Below are positions 51,896-61,612 of a stretch of DNA of 64,000 bases, in pieces. The notes beneath the pieces were generated by a model. The model was given only the letters and a program-made list of their open reading frames with translations. It was not told the origin of the DNA and did no database searches. How positions within the stretch are numbered: position 1 is the stretch's first letter; the number at the start of each line of letters is the position of its first letter. Both the position numbers and the translations under genes were made by a program. The stretch comes from a bacterium (GTDB taxonomy: Bacteria > Armatimonadota > JACIXR01): the NCBI GenBank assembly GCA_014360495.1, contig JACIXR010000004.1:67983-131982 (forward strand), written 5' to 3'.

Positions 51896-53179
51896 TTAAA
51901 TCTTTCTCAGCTCATCTATATTCTTCCTTATCTTCAAAATAGCCTCTACTATTTTCTCCATATCGCTTTTTGGACCGAGGAAGATGGAATGAGGGAATGC
52001 GCAGGCTTCCTCCTTCGCCGCTTTTTCCACAACTGGAAGATAGAGCTTGTAGTAGTCAATTTCCTTGCCGTAAAGTGGGCATTTTATTGGGCATCCAGTT
52101 CTTCCGAAGCCCTCTTCTTTGAAGAGGGGCATTTTATAGAGCGGTTCAATGTGGCCTGTCCAGCAAGGAATTCCTTCAGCGGAAAGCGCTTGGAGGAACT
52201 TGTCCCGGGATATACCATCCCACTTCTCTGATATGAATTTGAAATGCCAATAATAGAAACACCAGCGGGTTACCCTTGGGTCGCGATATATCGGCTCTAT
52301 ACCCTCAACTTCCTTCAAAAGCTCTATAAGGTAATTTGAATTTCGTTCCCTTATCTCTATTTGCTCGGGGAATCTCTTGAGCTGAGCTAAGCCGATGGCA
52401 GCTTGCCATTCAGTCATTCTCAAATTCGTTCCGAGAAGATAATGCTCATAGAATCCTTTCCCAGGGAGCCTTCCTATGTGGTGATAGGCAAAGGTTTTCT
52501 CATAAATCTCCTCATCGTTTGTTATTACCATTCCACCTTCCCCACAGGTTAAGGTCTTTCCCATTTGAAAGCTGAAGGTGCCCGCATCAGCGACCGCGCC
52601 TGTCCCTATACCTTTCCATTGGGAGCCGTGAGAATGGGCACAGTCCGCTATGACATAGATGTTGTGCTTTTTGGCGATTTCGTTTAGGGCATCGTAATCG
52701 CAGGGCATACCGCCTACATCCACTGGTATTATAGCTTTCGTTCTCGGAGTGATAGCGTCTTCAACTGCTTTGGGGTCTATGGTGTAATTGCGAGGGTCAA
52801 TATCCACGAAAATGGGGATGGCGTTGACCCTTAAAACAGCTGTTACTGTGGCGATAAAGGTTGCAGGTGGGACAATTACTTCATCTCCTCCCTCCACTCC
52901 AATCGCTTTGAGAGCAGCTTCTATAGCCACTGTTCCATTGCAGACCGCTACCCCGAATTTCGCTCCCTGAAATTCCGCAAAGGCTCTCTCAAACTGACCG
53001 ACCTTTGATTTCCAATATCCCTCATGGGTATAATCCCAACCCCATCCTCCAAACCACCATATCCCGCTATCCAGAACCTCCATTAATTCCTTTCTCTCCT
53101 CTTCGCCAAAGATTGGCCACGATTTACCAAGTGGTTCCTTTATCAGGGGTTCGCCTCCGCAAATAGCTAACTTTGCCAT
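51896..53179 (-). CDS. DegT family aminotransferase (BtrR/RifK-like subgroup)
   Basis: LAI.GG.P, NGT.A, DCAHSHG, FSFQ..K.LT.GEGG and N.RMTEWQAA motifs. Confidence 0.88.
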   Translation of the reverse strand: MAKLAICGGEPLIKEPLGKSWPIFGEEERKELMEVLDSGIWWFGGWGWDYTHEGYWKSKVGQFERAFAEFQGAKFGVAVCNGTVAIEAALKAIGVEGGDEVIVPPATFIATVTAVLRVNAIPIFVDIDPRNYTIDPKAVEDAITPRTKAIIPVDVGGMPCDYDALNEIAKKHNIYVIADCAHSHGSQWKGIGTGAVADAGTFSFQMGKTLTCGEGGMVITNDEEIYEKTFAYHHIGRLPGKGFYEHYLLGTNLRMTEWQAAIGLAQLKRFPEQIEIRERNSNYLIELLKEVEGIEPIYRDPRVTRWCFYYWHFKFISEKWDGISRDKFLQALSAEGIPCWTGHIEPLYKMPLFKEEGFGRTGCPIKCPLYGKEIDYYKLYLPVVEKAAKEEACAFPHSIFLGPKSDMEKIVEAILKIRKNIDELRKI

Positions 53180-53976
53180 TTCTTTCTCATCTCCTCGTAA
53201 AAGTCTTTATAGGATTTGACCTCTATGCCTTTCTCTAATGCATATTCTATCAAAAAGGAAATTTGTGACAATTTGGGGTCCTTTATCGCTGTATGGTCAT
53301 GTGCACCGTATCCCCAAGCGTAATCCCTTTCCTTCACCAAATCGGCACATTCCTTAAGATATCTTTTGTACCCCTCCATATCCTCACCGTGAATCCAATA
53401 CCAGTAGATATCTTGATATCCCTGATTTGGACATTCCAATATATCGGGAAAGCCGGAGTGCTCATACCAGAAGGGTTGAACTTCAAAGGGAGTGGGCTGA
53501 TAATCCTTTTCATTCCTCGCCCAGGTGCGGGTGAACCTTATGCCGATTTTATGGAGAATTTCCAATATATCGGGTCTATCACATAACCCACGATAATATC
53601 CCCAAGGTCCCGTTAACCCGATGCAATCAACTCCCAGCATTTCCTTTAAGAGCCTTGAAGCTTTGCTCACATCTTCCTCTATTTGCTCAAGCGTTCCACC
53701 CCTCACCATTTGAATCTTCTCCCCATCGTCAATATACACAGTTTTCAAGAGGAGATGGGAATAAGTATGTTGCTGGAGGTCGAATAAAGAGCTTTTAACG
53801 AAGGGCTTAAAAACCTCTGCGCCCACAATCTCAAGCGTTCTTCCTACGATAAAGAATGTGCAGGGAGCGGAGTAACGATTATGCACTTCCCAAGCGATAT
53901 CCAGAAACTTCTTCGTGATTTCGGGTTCGTTCGCCTCAACATCATAACCTATAAGGAGATATGGCATAGTTTTCAC
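53167..53976 (-). CDS. Polysaccharide deacetylase-like (CE4) protein
   Basis: YDVE, TFFIVG and QHTYSH metal motifs. Confidence 0.75.
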   Translation of the reverse strand: MKTMPYLLIGYDVEANEPEITKKFLDIAWEVHNRYSAPCTFFIVGRTLEIVGAEVFKPFVKSSLFDLQQHTYSHLLLKTVYIDDGEKIQMVRGGTLEQIEEDVSKASRLLKEMLGVDCIGLTGPWGYYRGLCDRPDILEILHKIGIRFTRTWARNEKDYQPTPFEVQPFWYEHSGFPDILECPNQGYQDIYWYWIHGEDMEGYKRYLKECADLVKERDYAWGYGAHDHTAIKDPKLSQISFLIEYALEKGIEVKSYKDFYEEMRKKWQS

Positions 53977-54012
53977 CAGTCTAATTATAAGAGAAAACTA
54001 AATTCCATCAAA

Positions 54013-55842
54013 TTATTTTATCCTTAAAATAAATTCTATGAGGGCAGGAAACTCTTGTTCTCTCCTCGTAACATCAACGAGGACAACATATTGACCAGGG
54101 GATATGTGGAAAGGGATGGAGAAGGGAAGGAGAATGAAGCTTTCCTCCTTGCCTTCAATTTTTCTCTCAACCCATTGGGAGACATTAGCACAGGCAAGTT
54201 CTTGAGGGAAGCGAGGTTTGATTTTGAATTTGATTCTCTGGGCAGAATGGTTCTTTATGATTATCTTGACATTTCCCGTTTCCCCTGGAGAGAGCTCTAG
54301 TTCATAGGGATAAGCGAAAGCCCAGTAGGGGTCTATGCCGAAATTTGGATTTTCCCAAGGGAGAAGCTCTCCCATTAGTTTCTCTCGCTCCTTTAAGGTC
54401 CTTCGCCAAAGAGCGACCTCCTGTGATGAAATGGAGAAGGGGGTGTCTATGTGGCTGTTGAATGTAAGCTTTGGCTTTATCTCTTCCAACAATCTCAAGC
54501 AGTAATCGTATCCTTCGTTTTCCGAGAGGAAATTGCGGTTGTAGGCGCAGTAATCGTCCAAGCCTGTGGGAGTAAAGGAATCTCCGCAGAAAAAGAGGCG
54601 ATTGCCTTTACCTTCAACTAAAAGGCCGCTATGATAAAGGGTCTGTCCAGGGAAATGATAAGCGGTCAGTTTGAATTCCTCCCATTGCCAGGATTCGCCA
54701 TTCCTAACAATCCTGTCAATTTGGATAGGATTGGGAGAAAGGCAGGGAAGCTTCCAAGCTTTGGGATTGGAAACGACTTTAGCCACGGATTCCTCCGCTA
54801 TTACTTCGCAGGAAAATCTTTGCCGGAGTAGGGGAATTGCATCGGTGTGGTCATCGTGGATGTGGGTTATCCAAAGCCCGTCTACCTTATCAATCTTGCC
54901 TTCCTGAATCAGGGCTTCAATTTCTTTTATGGCATCTTCGCTTCCGCAATCCAAAATGAAGGCTCTTCTTTTATCGCTAATTATAAGCCAGCTGGTTCCG
55001 ATATGGAGGAGGAAAGGAGGTGTTTTCCTCAAAGGTGCGGAGGCGAGAGGTCCTTTTTGACTTTGTTCTGAAAGAAGACGGGGGAAATAATGCCAAAGCG
55101 CTGAACTTGAGAGATAATTCTCGTAGCATTTCTTAAATCTTTCTTCAAGCAGGTCCACAGCTACCTTTGGCTCAGTGATTATCTTCCCGTGCGAGGGAAC
55201 AAAAGCCTTGATTCCCATCTCAAGAAGCCCTCTAAGGCTTTCTATTACTTTTCTCCAGGCAAACATAAAGCCGTGATAATCGGTGAGATTCCCAAAACCC
55301 TTTTGTAAGCTGAAAACATCAAATATTTTTCCTTTATCGTAAATCAAATCGCCGCAGAATGCGATTTTCTCATCTTTTACCTCCACTATGAAGCTCATAC
55401 TTCCATCTGTATGCCCGGGAGTGGATAAAGCGGTTATCTTCGCCGGTCCCCAGGAGATTTCCTCTCCGCTTCTCAATGGCGAATCTACTTTTATTGGCTC
55501 TGCTATGAGGAGATTTTGACGAAAATAGTAGAGATGGTATCTTTTAGTAGGGTCGTTCCAATATTTTTCCACATCTTCAAACAAACTTCTCTCTTTTTCT
55601 GGAACTGCTATCCAAGTTCCTCTCTCAAGGGCTTCCTTAACGCCAAGGGCTTGGTCTCTGTGATGATGGGTGAAAAGAACCCCATCTATCTTCTTTATCC
55701 CATATTTGCCCAAGATTTTAAGAACCTCACCAGTCCCAAAATCTATTAAGAGGGCTTCCCAACCGTTTCTGATTACTCCCACATTTATGGCTCCCAGGAA
55801 AACTGAAAGATTTTCATTGAAGGAAATAAAATTTGAGCTCAT
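54013..55842 (-). CDS. Tandem metallo-beta-lactamase-fold hydrolase
   Basis: THHHRDQ...PGHT...GD...PSHG, then THIHDDH...PGQT...GD. Confidence 0.82.
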   Translation of the reverse strand: MSSNFISFNENLSVFLGAINVGVIRNGWEALLIDFGTGEVLKILGKYGIKKIDGVLFTHHHRDQALGVKEALERGTWIAVPEKERSLFEDVEKYWNDPTKRYHLYYFRQNLLIAEPIKVDSPLRSGEEISWGPAKITALSTPGHTDGSMSFIVEVKDEKIAFCGDLIYDKGKIFDVFSLQKGFGNLTDYHGFMFAWRKVIESLRGLLEMGIKAFVPSHGKIITEPKVAVDLLEERFKKCYENYLSSSALWHYFPRLLSEQSQKGPLASAPLRKTPPFLLHIGTSWLIISDKRRAFILDCGSEDAIKEIEALIQEGKIDKVDGLWITHIHDDHTDAIPLLRQRFSCEVIAEESVAKVVSNPKAWKLPCLSPNPIQIDRIVRNGESWQWEEFKLTAYHFPGQTLYHSGLLVEGKGNRLFFCGDSFTPTGLDDYCAYNRNFLSENEGYDYCLRLLEEIKPKLTFNSHIDTPFSISSQEVALWRRTLKEREKLMGELLPWENPNFGIDPYWAFAYPYELELSPGETGNVKIIIKNHSAQRIKFKIKPRFPQELACANVSQWVERKIEGKEESFILLPFSIPFHISPGQYVVLVDVTRREQEFPALIEFILRIK

Positions 55843-55852
55843 TTCGTAGAAA

Positions 55853-55929
55853 GTTATAAGGATAAGGATTCATAATGTCAAAACTATTTCCTCTGTGACC
55901 TTGCGAGTGAAAAGCTGTATCGGTATAAT
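55853..55929. promoter_or_regulatory. Divergent promoters (MBL hydrolase and amidase operon)
   Basis: Minus strand TTGACA-N17-TATAAC; plus strand TTGCGA-N17-TATAAT. Each ends 10 nt before an ATG. Confidence 0.65.
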
Positions 55930-55939
55930 ATTAATAAGA

Positions 55940-57445
55940 ATGAGCCAGCAGTCGCCATTCCATTTTTTATTTGCCTTTATATTTTTACTCTCGTCCTTCT
56001 CATATCCCCAGAAAGAGGGGAAATGCAATTTATATCTTTTTGGACGGCAATTTGATAATATTGATTATTTCCTTGAAAACAACGATGTCTATCTCGCCCT
56101 TGATATATCTCCTCTTTCACCTCTCTTGAGAAATTCACAATTGAAAACCGTTAAGAGGGGAGGGAAAAACTATTACTCTCTCAACGAGCTAAAATGCGTT
56201 CAGAGCTTATCATGCAAGTGGGATGGGGAAAGGAAATGTGCGAACATCGCGATTAAATTAAAAAGGGAGAACATAATATGGGAGAGGAATCCCTCTGCCC
56301 TATCTTTTCAAATTACCTTGCCTATTCCCCTTTCGTTTGAAACCGGCATCCTTTCCAATCCCCCGAGGGCATTTGTTGATATCAAAGGTGCCCATCTTTA
56401 CCCCGCTAAAATAGAGGAGGAGATAGGCGATAATTTAAAAATGAGAGTAGCCCAGCACGCAATATCCCCAGATATCGTTAGATTCGTTATAGACCTTCCT
56501 CCTTCCCCACCGAAAGTGGAGTTCTCTCCCTCTCCCTCAAAGCAGATAAAGATTTTCTTCCCCTCTCTTCTTTCGGGAAAGGGCAGTGGGTTGGAGGCAA
56601 TTGAATTGAAAAAAGTGGATGAGGCTGTGGTAGCCTCCTTGAGATTAACCCAGCTCAGCGAATACAAAACCCTTCTCCTAAAGAATCCACCCCGGCTCGC
56701 CATAGATATTACGCCATCATATCTCTCCTCTTCTCTTTCCTGTCCCGAGACATTACCTCCCATATCTCAGGTTAGATGGTCACAATTCTCCAACGATCCA
56801 CCTACTGTGAGGGTGGTATTTGATTTGGAGAGGGAGATTGGCGTGGATATAAGAAGCAAGCCCTCGCTTATAGAGATTAAATTCGGTTCCTTTTTCGAGA
56901 GGGATTTGAGGAAATTGGAAGATTTGAGAATCGTTATAGACCCTGGACACGGCGGTTCAGATTGTGGCGCGATAGGGACAAGTGGACTGATGGAGAAGGA
57001 AATCAACTTGGATATAGCTAAGAGGATAAAGAATCTTCTCCCGAACGTATTTCTTACCCGAGAGGAAGATGTGTATGTTTCTCTGCAAGGGAGGGTGGAT
57101 TTTGCCACCCAAGTGAACGCGGATATATTCATAAGCATTCATAATAATGCCCTACCAAATGCGAAGGGGACGGGAACGGAGACCTATTATTTCCGAGAAG
57201 ATAGCTTGGAGTTGGCACAATACATTCATAAGGCGCTCATTTCCAAGTTGGGACTTCCCGATGGAGGGGTAAGGAGGAGAGAATTTTATGTGATAAAGAA
57301 CTCCCCCTGTCCATCTGTGCTGATAGAGGGAGCTTATATATCCAATCCTGAGGAAGAGAAGCTCTTGGCTAGCGAGGATTTTCGCCAGAAGATAGCCGAG
57401 GCGGTCGTTGAAGGATTGAAGCAATACTTTGGGAGGGAGAGATGA
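55940..57445 (+). CDS. N-acetylmuramoyl-L-alanine amidase with AMIN domains
   Basis: Two NPPR...D / VR.V.DL AMIN repeats; IDPGHGG.D.GA, EK, SIH.N and LIE motifs. ATG 55940 follows the promoter. Confidence 0.92.
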   Translation: MSQQSPFHFLFAFIFLLSSFSYPQKEGKCNLYLFGRQFDNIDYFLENNDVYLALDISPLSPLLRNSQLKTVKRGGKNYYSLNELKCVQSLSCKWDGERKCANIAIKLKRENIIWERNPSALSFQITLPIPLSFETGILSNPPRAFVDIKGAHLYPAKIEEEIGDNLKMRVAQHAISPDIVRFVIDLPPSPPKVEFSPSPSKQIKIFFPSLLSGKGSGLEAIELKKVDEAVVASLRLTQLSEYKTLLLKNPPRLAIDITPSYLSSSLSCPETLPPISQVRWSQFSNDPPTVRVVFDLEREIGVDIRSKPSLIEIKFGSFFERDLRKLEDLRIVIDPGHGGSDCGAIGTSGLMEKEINLDIAKRIKNLLPNVFLTREEDVYVSLQGRVDFATQVNADIFISIHNNALPNAKGTGTETYYFREDSLELAQYIHKALISKLGLPDGGVRRREFYVIKNSPCPSVLIEGAYISNPEEEKLLASEDFRQKIAEAVVEGLKQYFGRER

Positions 57446-57963
57446 AGAGCAACAGAAAATTTGTTTTCCTTATCATCCTTCTTGTTGTTTTCATGAGCCT
57501 GGTTTTCTATATTCGTGCTAAGAAGGTTGTTAGGGAAAGGAGAATCTGGCAGGAAGTGGTGCTTTACCTTGCGGATTTTTCCTCTCCCAAAGGACCTTCA
57601 CTCGTCCCCGTGAAGATGAAAGTGGAGAAGGAAGATGCATTGAATTCAGCCATAGAGCTTTTAATACATCCACCGCCTTATTTGAGAGGCGTTTCCTCCC
57701 CGTTGCCCAGGGGGACACGGCTCATCTCCGCTGAGGTCAAAGGGGATACCGCCTATCTCAATTTCTCAAAGGAGCTGAAGGATAATTTCCTCGGTGGTTC
57801 TACGAACGAAATGCTCGTCGTTTACGGCATTGTTAACACAGCTTGCTCAATAAACGGGATAAAGAGGGTTCAGATATTGATAGAGGGGAAAAACATAGAA
57901 AGCCTTGGTGGTCATCTTGAGATAATGGAGCCTTTGGAGCCGAATAGGGAAATAGTGAGATGA
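57442..57963 (+). CDS. GerMN domain protein
   Basis: N-terminal TM; LP.GT.L, AYLNFS, GGS..E.....IV.T and VQILIEG motifs. Confidence 0.88.
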   Translation: MKSNRKFVFLIILLVVFMSLVFYIRAKKVVRERRIWQEVVLYLADFSSPKGPSLVPVKMKVEKEDALNSAIELLIHPPPYLRGVSSPLPRGTRLISAEVKGDTAYLNFSKELKDNFLGGSTNEMLVVYGIVNTACSINGIKRVQILIEGKNIESLGGHLEIMEPLEPNREIVR

Positions 57964-58754
57964 ATAAACCGATAGGTATTTTTGACTCTGGAGTAGGTGG
58001 GCTAACCGTCGCTAAGGCTATATCCGAGATTCTGCCGAACGAATCTTTTCTCTATTTTGCCGATACGAAGAACCTCCCCTATGGGGAGCATTCACCAGAG
58101 GAAATTGAAGGTTTTGCCCTCCGCATAATCTCATTTCTCGTGAGCAGGGGAATCAAGTTGTTGGCGATAGCATGCAATTATTCCTCAGCCGTCGTTTTGG
58201 ATAAGGCACGGCGAATTTATCCCTCCCTCCCCATCCTCGGCGTCTTGCAGGCGGGAGCGAGATTAGCGGTTTCTCAACCATTTGAGAGGATAGGTGTATT
58301 GGCTACGAGGGGAACGGTGAAAACGCGGATGTTCCCAAGGGAAATAAAGAATTTAAACCCTCAAATGAAAGTTTTACAGGCAAGTTGCCCGCCACTCGTC
58401 TCCCTCATAGAGAGCTTTGCACCTGAGTCAGAGATTCGCTCTGTCGTTAGGGATTGCCTGAAAAGATTGAAGAGAAAGGGAGTAGAGGCGTTGGTTTTGG
58501 GTTGCACACACTATCCCTTGGTGAGGGGAATAATAGAGGAGGAAATGGGAGGGGTAAAGATATTGGACCCAGCTGAGGAACTGGCGAGGGAGGTAAAAAG
58601 GATATTGGAGAAAGAGAATCTTATCTCGGATGATTGTCCAAAGCATCGTTTCTTTGTCTCGGGAGATGATAGCTCGCTGAGGAAATTTGTGCCCTCTCTT
58701 TTGGGAATTGATATAATAGAGATTGAACACCAAGATTTTGAAGGAGGTTTTTGA
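57960..58754 (+). CDS. murI: Glutamate racemase
   Basis: FDSGVGG, PYG, ACN and LGCTHYP motifs. Confidence 0.96.
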   Translation: MNKPIGIFDSGVGGLTVAKAISEILPNESFLYFADTKNLPYGEHSPEEIEGFALRIISFLVSRGIKLLAIACNYSSAVVLDKARRIYPSLPILGVLQAGARLAVSQPFERIGVLATRGTVKTRMFPREIKNLNPQMKVLQASCPPLVSLIESFAPESEIRSVVRDCLKRLKRKGVEALVLGCTHYPLVRGIIEEEMGGVKILDPAEELAREVKRILEKENLISDDCPKHRFFVSGDDSSLRKFVPSLLGIDIIEIEHQDFEGGF

Positions 58755-59497
58755 TGTTGAGAATTGACGGAAGGAGCTACGACCAGCTGCGCCCTATCGT
58801 CTTTAAGAGGGGCGTGTCCAAGTATGCGGAGGGCTCCTGCTATATTGAACAGGGAGATACGAAGCTGATTTGCACCGCAACGATTGAGGATGAGAAGGTC
58901 CCTCAATTCCTTCGCGGCTCGGGAAGCGGCTGGATAACCGCTGAATATGGAATGCTCCCTCGCTCCACAAGAACTCGCATACCGAGGGAGAGCTCAAAGA
59001 GCTTTCCCATCGGTAGGGTGATGGAGATAAGGAGGATGATAGGGAGGAGCTTGAGAGCAGCCTTTGACCTTCAGAAGTTGGGAGAGCGAACCATCACCGT
59101 GGATTGCGATGTTTTAACTGCTGATGGAGGGACGAGATGCGCTGCTGTTAACGCAGGTTTTGTGGCGGTCGTTGAGGCTATGGATTATCTCAGAAATATG
59201 GGTGTTCTGAAAAGCATCCCGATATTGGATTTCATAGCCTCAATAAGCGCTGGGATAGTTATGGGGAAGGAGATGTTAGACCTCTGTTTCGAAGAGGATT
59301 CCACCGCTTCAGTGGATATGAATGTGGTGATGACGGAGAAAGGGAGGATAGTTGAATTGCAGGCAACAGCTGAGGGCGTTCCTTTCAGCAAGGAGCAGTT
59401 GGACCGTCTTTTGGAGATGGCGAGACCGGCCATACTTCACATAATAGCCCTTCAAAAAGCGGTTCTAAAGGATATCTTAGAGAAGAAAGGAGGTTGA
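58754..59497 (+). CDS. rph: Ribonuclease PH
   Basis: R.DGR, AEGS, W.TAEYGMLPRST, ADGGTR and DMNVV motifs. Confidence 0.97.
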   Translation: MLRIDGRSYDQLRPIVFKRGVSKYAEGSCYIEQGDTKLICTATIEDEKVPQFLRGSGSGWITAEYGMLPRSTRTRIPRESSKSFPIGRVMEIRRMIGRSLRAAFDLQKLGERTITVDCDVLTADGGTRCAAVNAGFVAVVEAMDYLRNMGVLKSIPILDFIASISAGIVMGKEMLDLCFEEDSTASVDMNVVMTEKGRIVELQATAEGVPFSKEQLDRLLEMARPAILHIIALQKAVLKDILEKKGG

Positions 59498-59506
59498 AGA
59501 GTAAAA

Positions 59507-60004
59507 ATGGGAAATTTTTGGACCAATTTCCAATTTTATGTGCCCTATCTCGTTATCGCTGATACCTTTTTGGCGCTACTCTCCATTTTCCTCATCCTAT
59601 CCCTTGTAGGAAGAGTGAGGGAGACAAAGCGCCTCCTCAAGTGGCTTTCCGAGGCCGAAAGGGTAGAGGATGTGAGGTTGCTTCTTCAAAGACAGAGGGT
59701 TTTTATGGACGAGGTTGAGAGGAACTTCAATCACCTAAGGGAAAAACTTGAAGAGTTAAATATAAAACAACTTGATAACATCCAGAAGGTGGGTTTCATC
59801 CGCTTTGACGCCTTCAAGGATATAGGTGGTGAGCTGAGTTTTTCCCTCGCCTTGCTCAATGGAAAGAACGAGGGAGTTGTTATAAGCAGTCTGCACGGGA
59901 GGGAAGGTTCAAGGGTTTATGGGAAAACAGTAAAGGACGGTGTCTCCAGCTTCCCCCTTTCAGATGAGGAGAAGGAAGCAATAAAGAGGGCGTTGGGTGA
60001 TTGA
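59507..60004 (+). CDS. DUF4446 family membrane-anchored coiled-coil protein
   Basis: KVG.IRFDAF.D.GG.LSFSLALL...GVV.S....R....Y.K motif. Confidence 0.8.
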   Translation: MGNFWTNFQFYVPYLVIADTFLALLSIFLILSLVGRVRETKRLLKWLSEAERVEDVRLLLQRQRVFMDEVERNFNHLREKLEELNIKQLDNIQKVGFIRFDAFKDIGGELSFSLALLNGKNEGVVISSLHGREGSRVYGKTVKDGVSSFPLSDEEKEAIKRALGD

Positions 60005-61584
60005 AGATGGCTGGAGAGGTTAAGAATGTATCTAAATCTGATGTAGACGAGAGGTTATCAGCCCTATTGAACAATGCGTCGGCGATTAGGGCTGTTGCCT
60101 CCTCCGTTGAGGGGACGATAGGTCCCAAGGGGCTGAACTGTATGCTTGTTGATAGGTTTGGTGATGTCGTGATTACGAACGATGGAGCGACGATATTGAG
60201 CAAGATAGAAGTGAATCATCCCGCTGGGAAGATGCTGATAAACGCGGCTAAGGCGCAGGATGAGGAAGTGGGGGATGGAACAACAACTGTAACCCTTCTT
60301 GCCTCAGCTCTCATCTCCGAGGGAGTTAATCAGGTCATAAGGGGAGTGCCAATCGCTAAGGTGATAGAGGGGATAAGAGTGGGGATAAAAAGGGCGATTT
60401 CTCTTTTGGAGAAGCACAGCAGACCGATAGAGGATTTCTCATCCCCTCTTTTGTATCGCGCCGCTTATGTTGCTGGGAGGGAAAACGAGGACATCGCTAG
60501 GATAGCGGTTGAGGCGGCGAAAATTATGGGGAAGGAGAAGCTTCTTGACCCTTCTTTCAAATTGAAAGATATGGTAGTGGCGAAGGAGGGAGCGGAAAAC
60601 GAGGTGTTTCTGGGATTGATTATAGAGAAGGAAAGGATGAATCGGCAGATGCCACGCCGAGTTGAGCAAGCTCAAATCTTGGTCGTTGACGACGCCTTGG
60701 AGCCGGAGGAGATAGAGGATGACGCCCTCGCGACCGAGAGCGGTTTCAGGGAATATCAGAGGTTGAAGGAGGAATTCAAGAAAGGAATTGAAAAAATCAT
60801 ATCACTAGGAGTTAAGTTCGTAGCGGTTTCAAAGGGGGTGGATAGAGTAGCGGAGGAGATGCTGACGGATGCGGGTGTGATGGTTTTGAGGCGTCTTTCC
60901 AACAAGGATATAAGCAAGATATCGGAGCATACTGGTGCGAAGCCGATAAAGAGGACATCCCTGGCGAAGAGCAAGGAGGAGTTGCAGTCATTCCTTGGCT
61001 ATGCCGATGTGATATATCACGACGAGAGATTGGAACATACACGGATAATAGGAGGGAAGGGCAAGCCTATGGCGACAATTCTCGTGGGTGCAGCAACGGA
61101 GGAGGTGAAGGAGGAAACGGAGAGGATTGCGAAGGACGCCGCAGCTGCTGTCCAGATGGCGATGAAGGGTGGGGTCTTGCCGGGAGGTGGAGCTATTGAG
61201 CTCTATGCGATAAAGGAGGTTCAGAAGGCGAGGGAGGAGATAAAGGGGATGGCTGTTTACGGGGTAGATTGCGTCATAGAGGCTCTCAAGAAGCCACTCA
61301 CCCACATAGTCCTAAATGCCGGCTTCAATCCTCTTGAGAAAATCGGTGATGTCCTAGCCAGACAGGCTAAAGAGGATAACGACGCTTTGGCAATAGATTG
61401 CGATACGGGAGAGGTTGTGGATATGATGGAATTGGGGATAGTTGACCCAACTCCGGTGAAGATATTTGCCCTCAAGACAGCGGGAGAGCTCGCCGAGGCA
61501 ATTCTGAGGATAAACATGATAATAAAGAAGAAGGAGGAACCACCATCTGAGGAAAAGGAGTCAACGGAAAAGGGGAACATTTGA
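60001..61584 (+). CDS. Group III (thermosome-like) bacterial chaperonin
   Basis: GTIGPKG, TNDG.TIL, GDGTTT and PGGGA motifs, plus DDALEPEE...TE.GF and GGKGKPMATILVGAAT segments recalled from the Carboxydothermus-type group III chaperonin. Confidence 0.92.
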   Translation: MKMAGEVKNVSKSDVDERLSALLNNASAIRAVASSVEGTIGPKGLNCMLVDRFGDVVITNDGATILSKIEVNHPAGKMLINAAKAQDEEVGDGTTTVTLLASALISEGVNQVIRGVPIAKVIEGIRVGIKRAISLLEKHSRPIEDFSSPLLYRAAYVAGRENEDIARIAVEAAKIMGKEKLLDPSFKLKDMVVAKEGAENEVFLGLIIEKERMNRQMPRRVEQAQILVVDDALEPEEIEDDALATESGFREYQRLKEEFKKGIEKIISLGVKFVAVSKGVDRVAEEMLTDAGVMVLRRLSNKDISKISEHTGAKPIKRTSLAKSKEELQSFLGYADVIYHDERLEHTRIIGGKGKPMATILVGAATEEVKEETERIAKDAAAAVQMAMKGGVLPGGGAIELYAIKEVQKAREEIKGMAVYGVDCVIEALKKPLTHIVLNAGFNPLEKIGDVLARQAKEDNDALAIDCDTGEVVDMMELGIVDPTPVKIFALKTAGELAEAILRINMIIKKKEEPPSEEKESTEKGNI

Positions 61585-61612
61585 AACAACTTGAAAGGAG
61601 GTTTAACAAACA

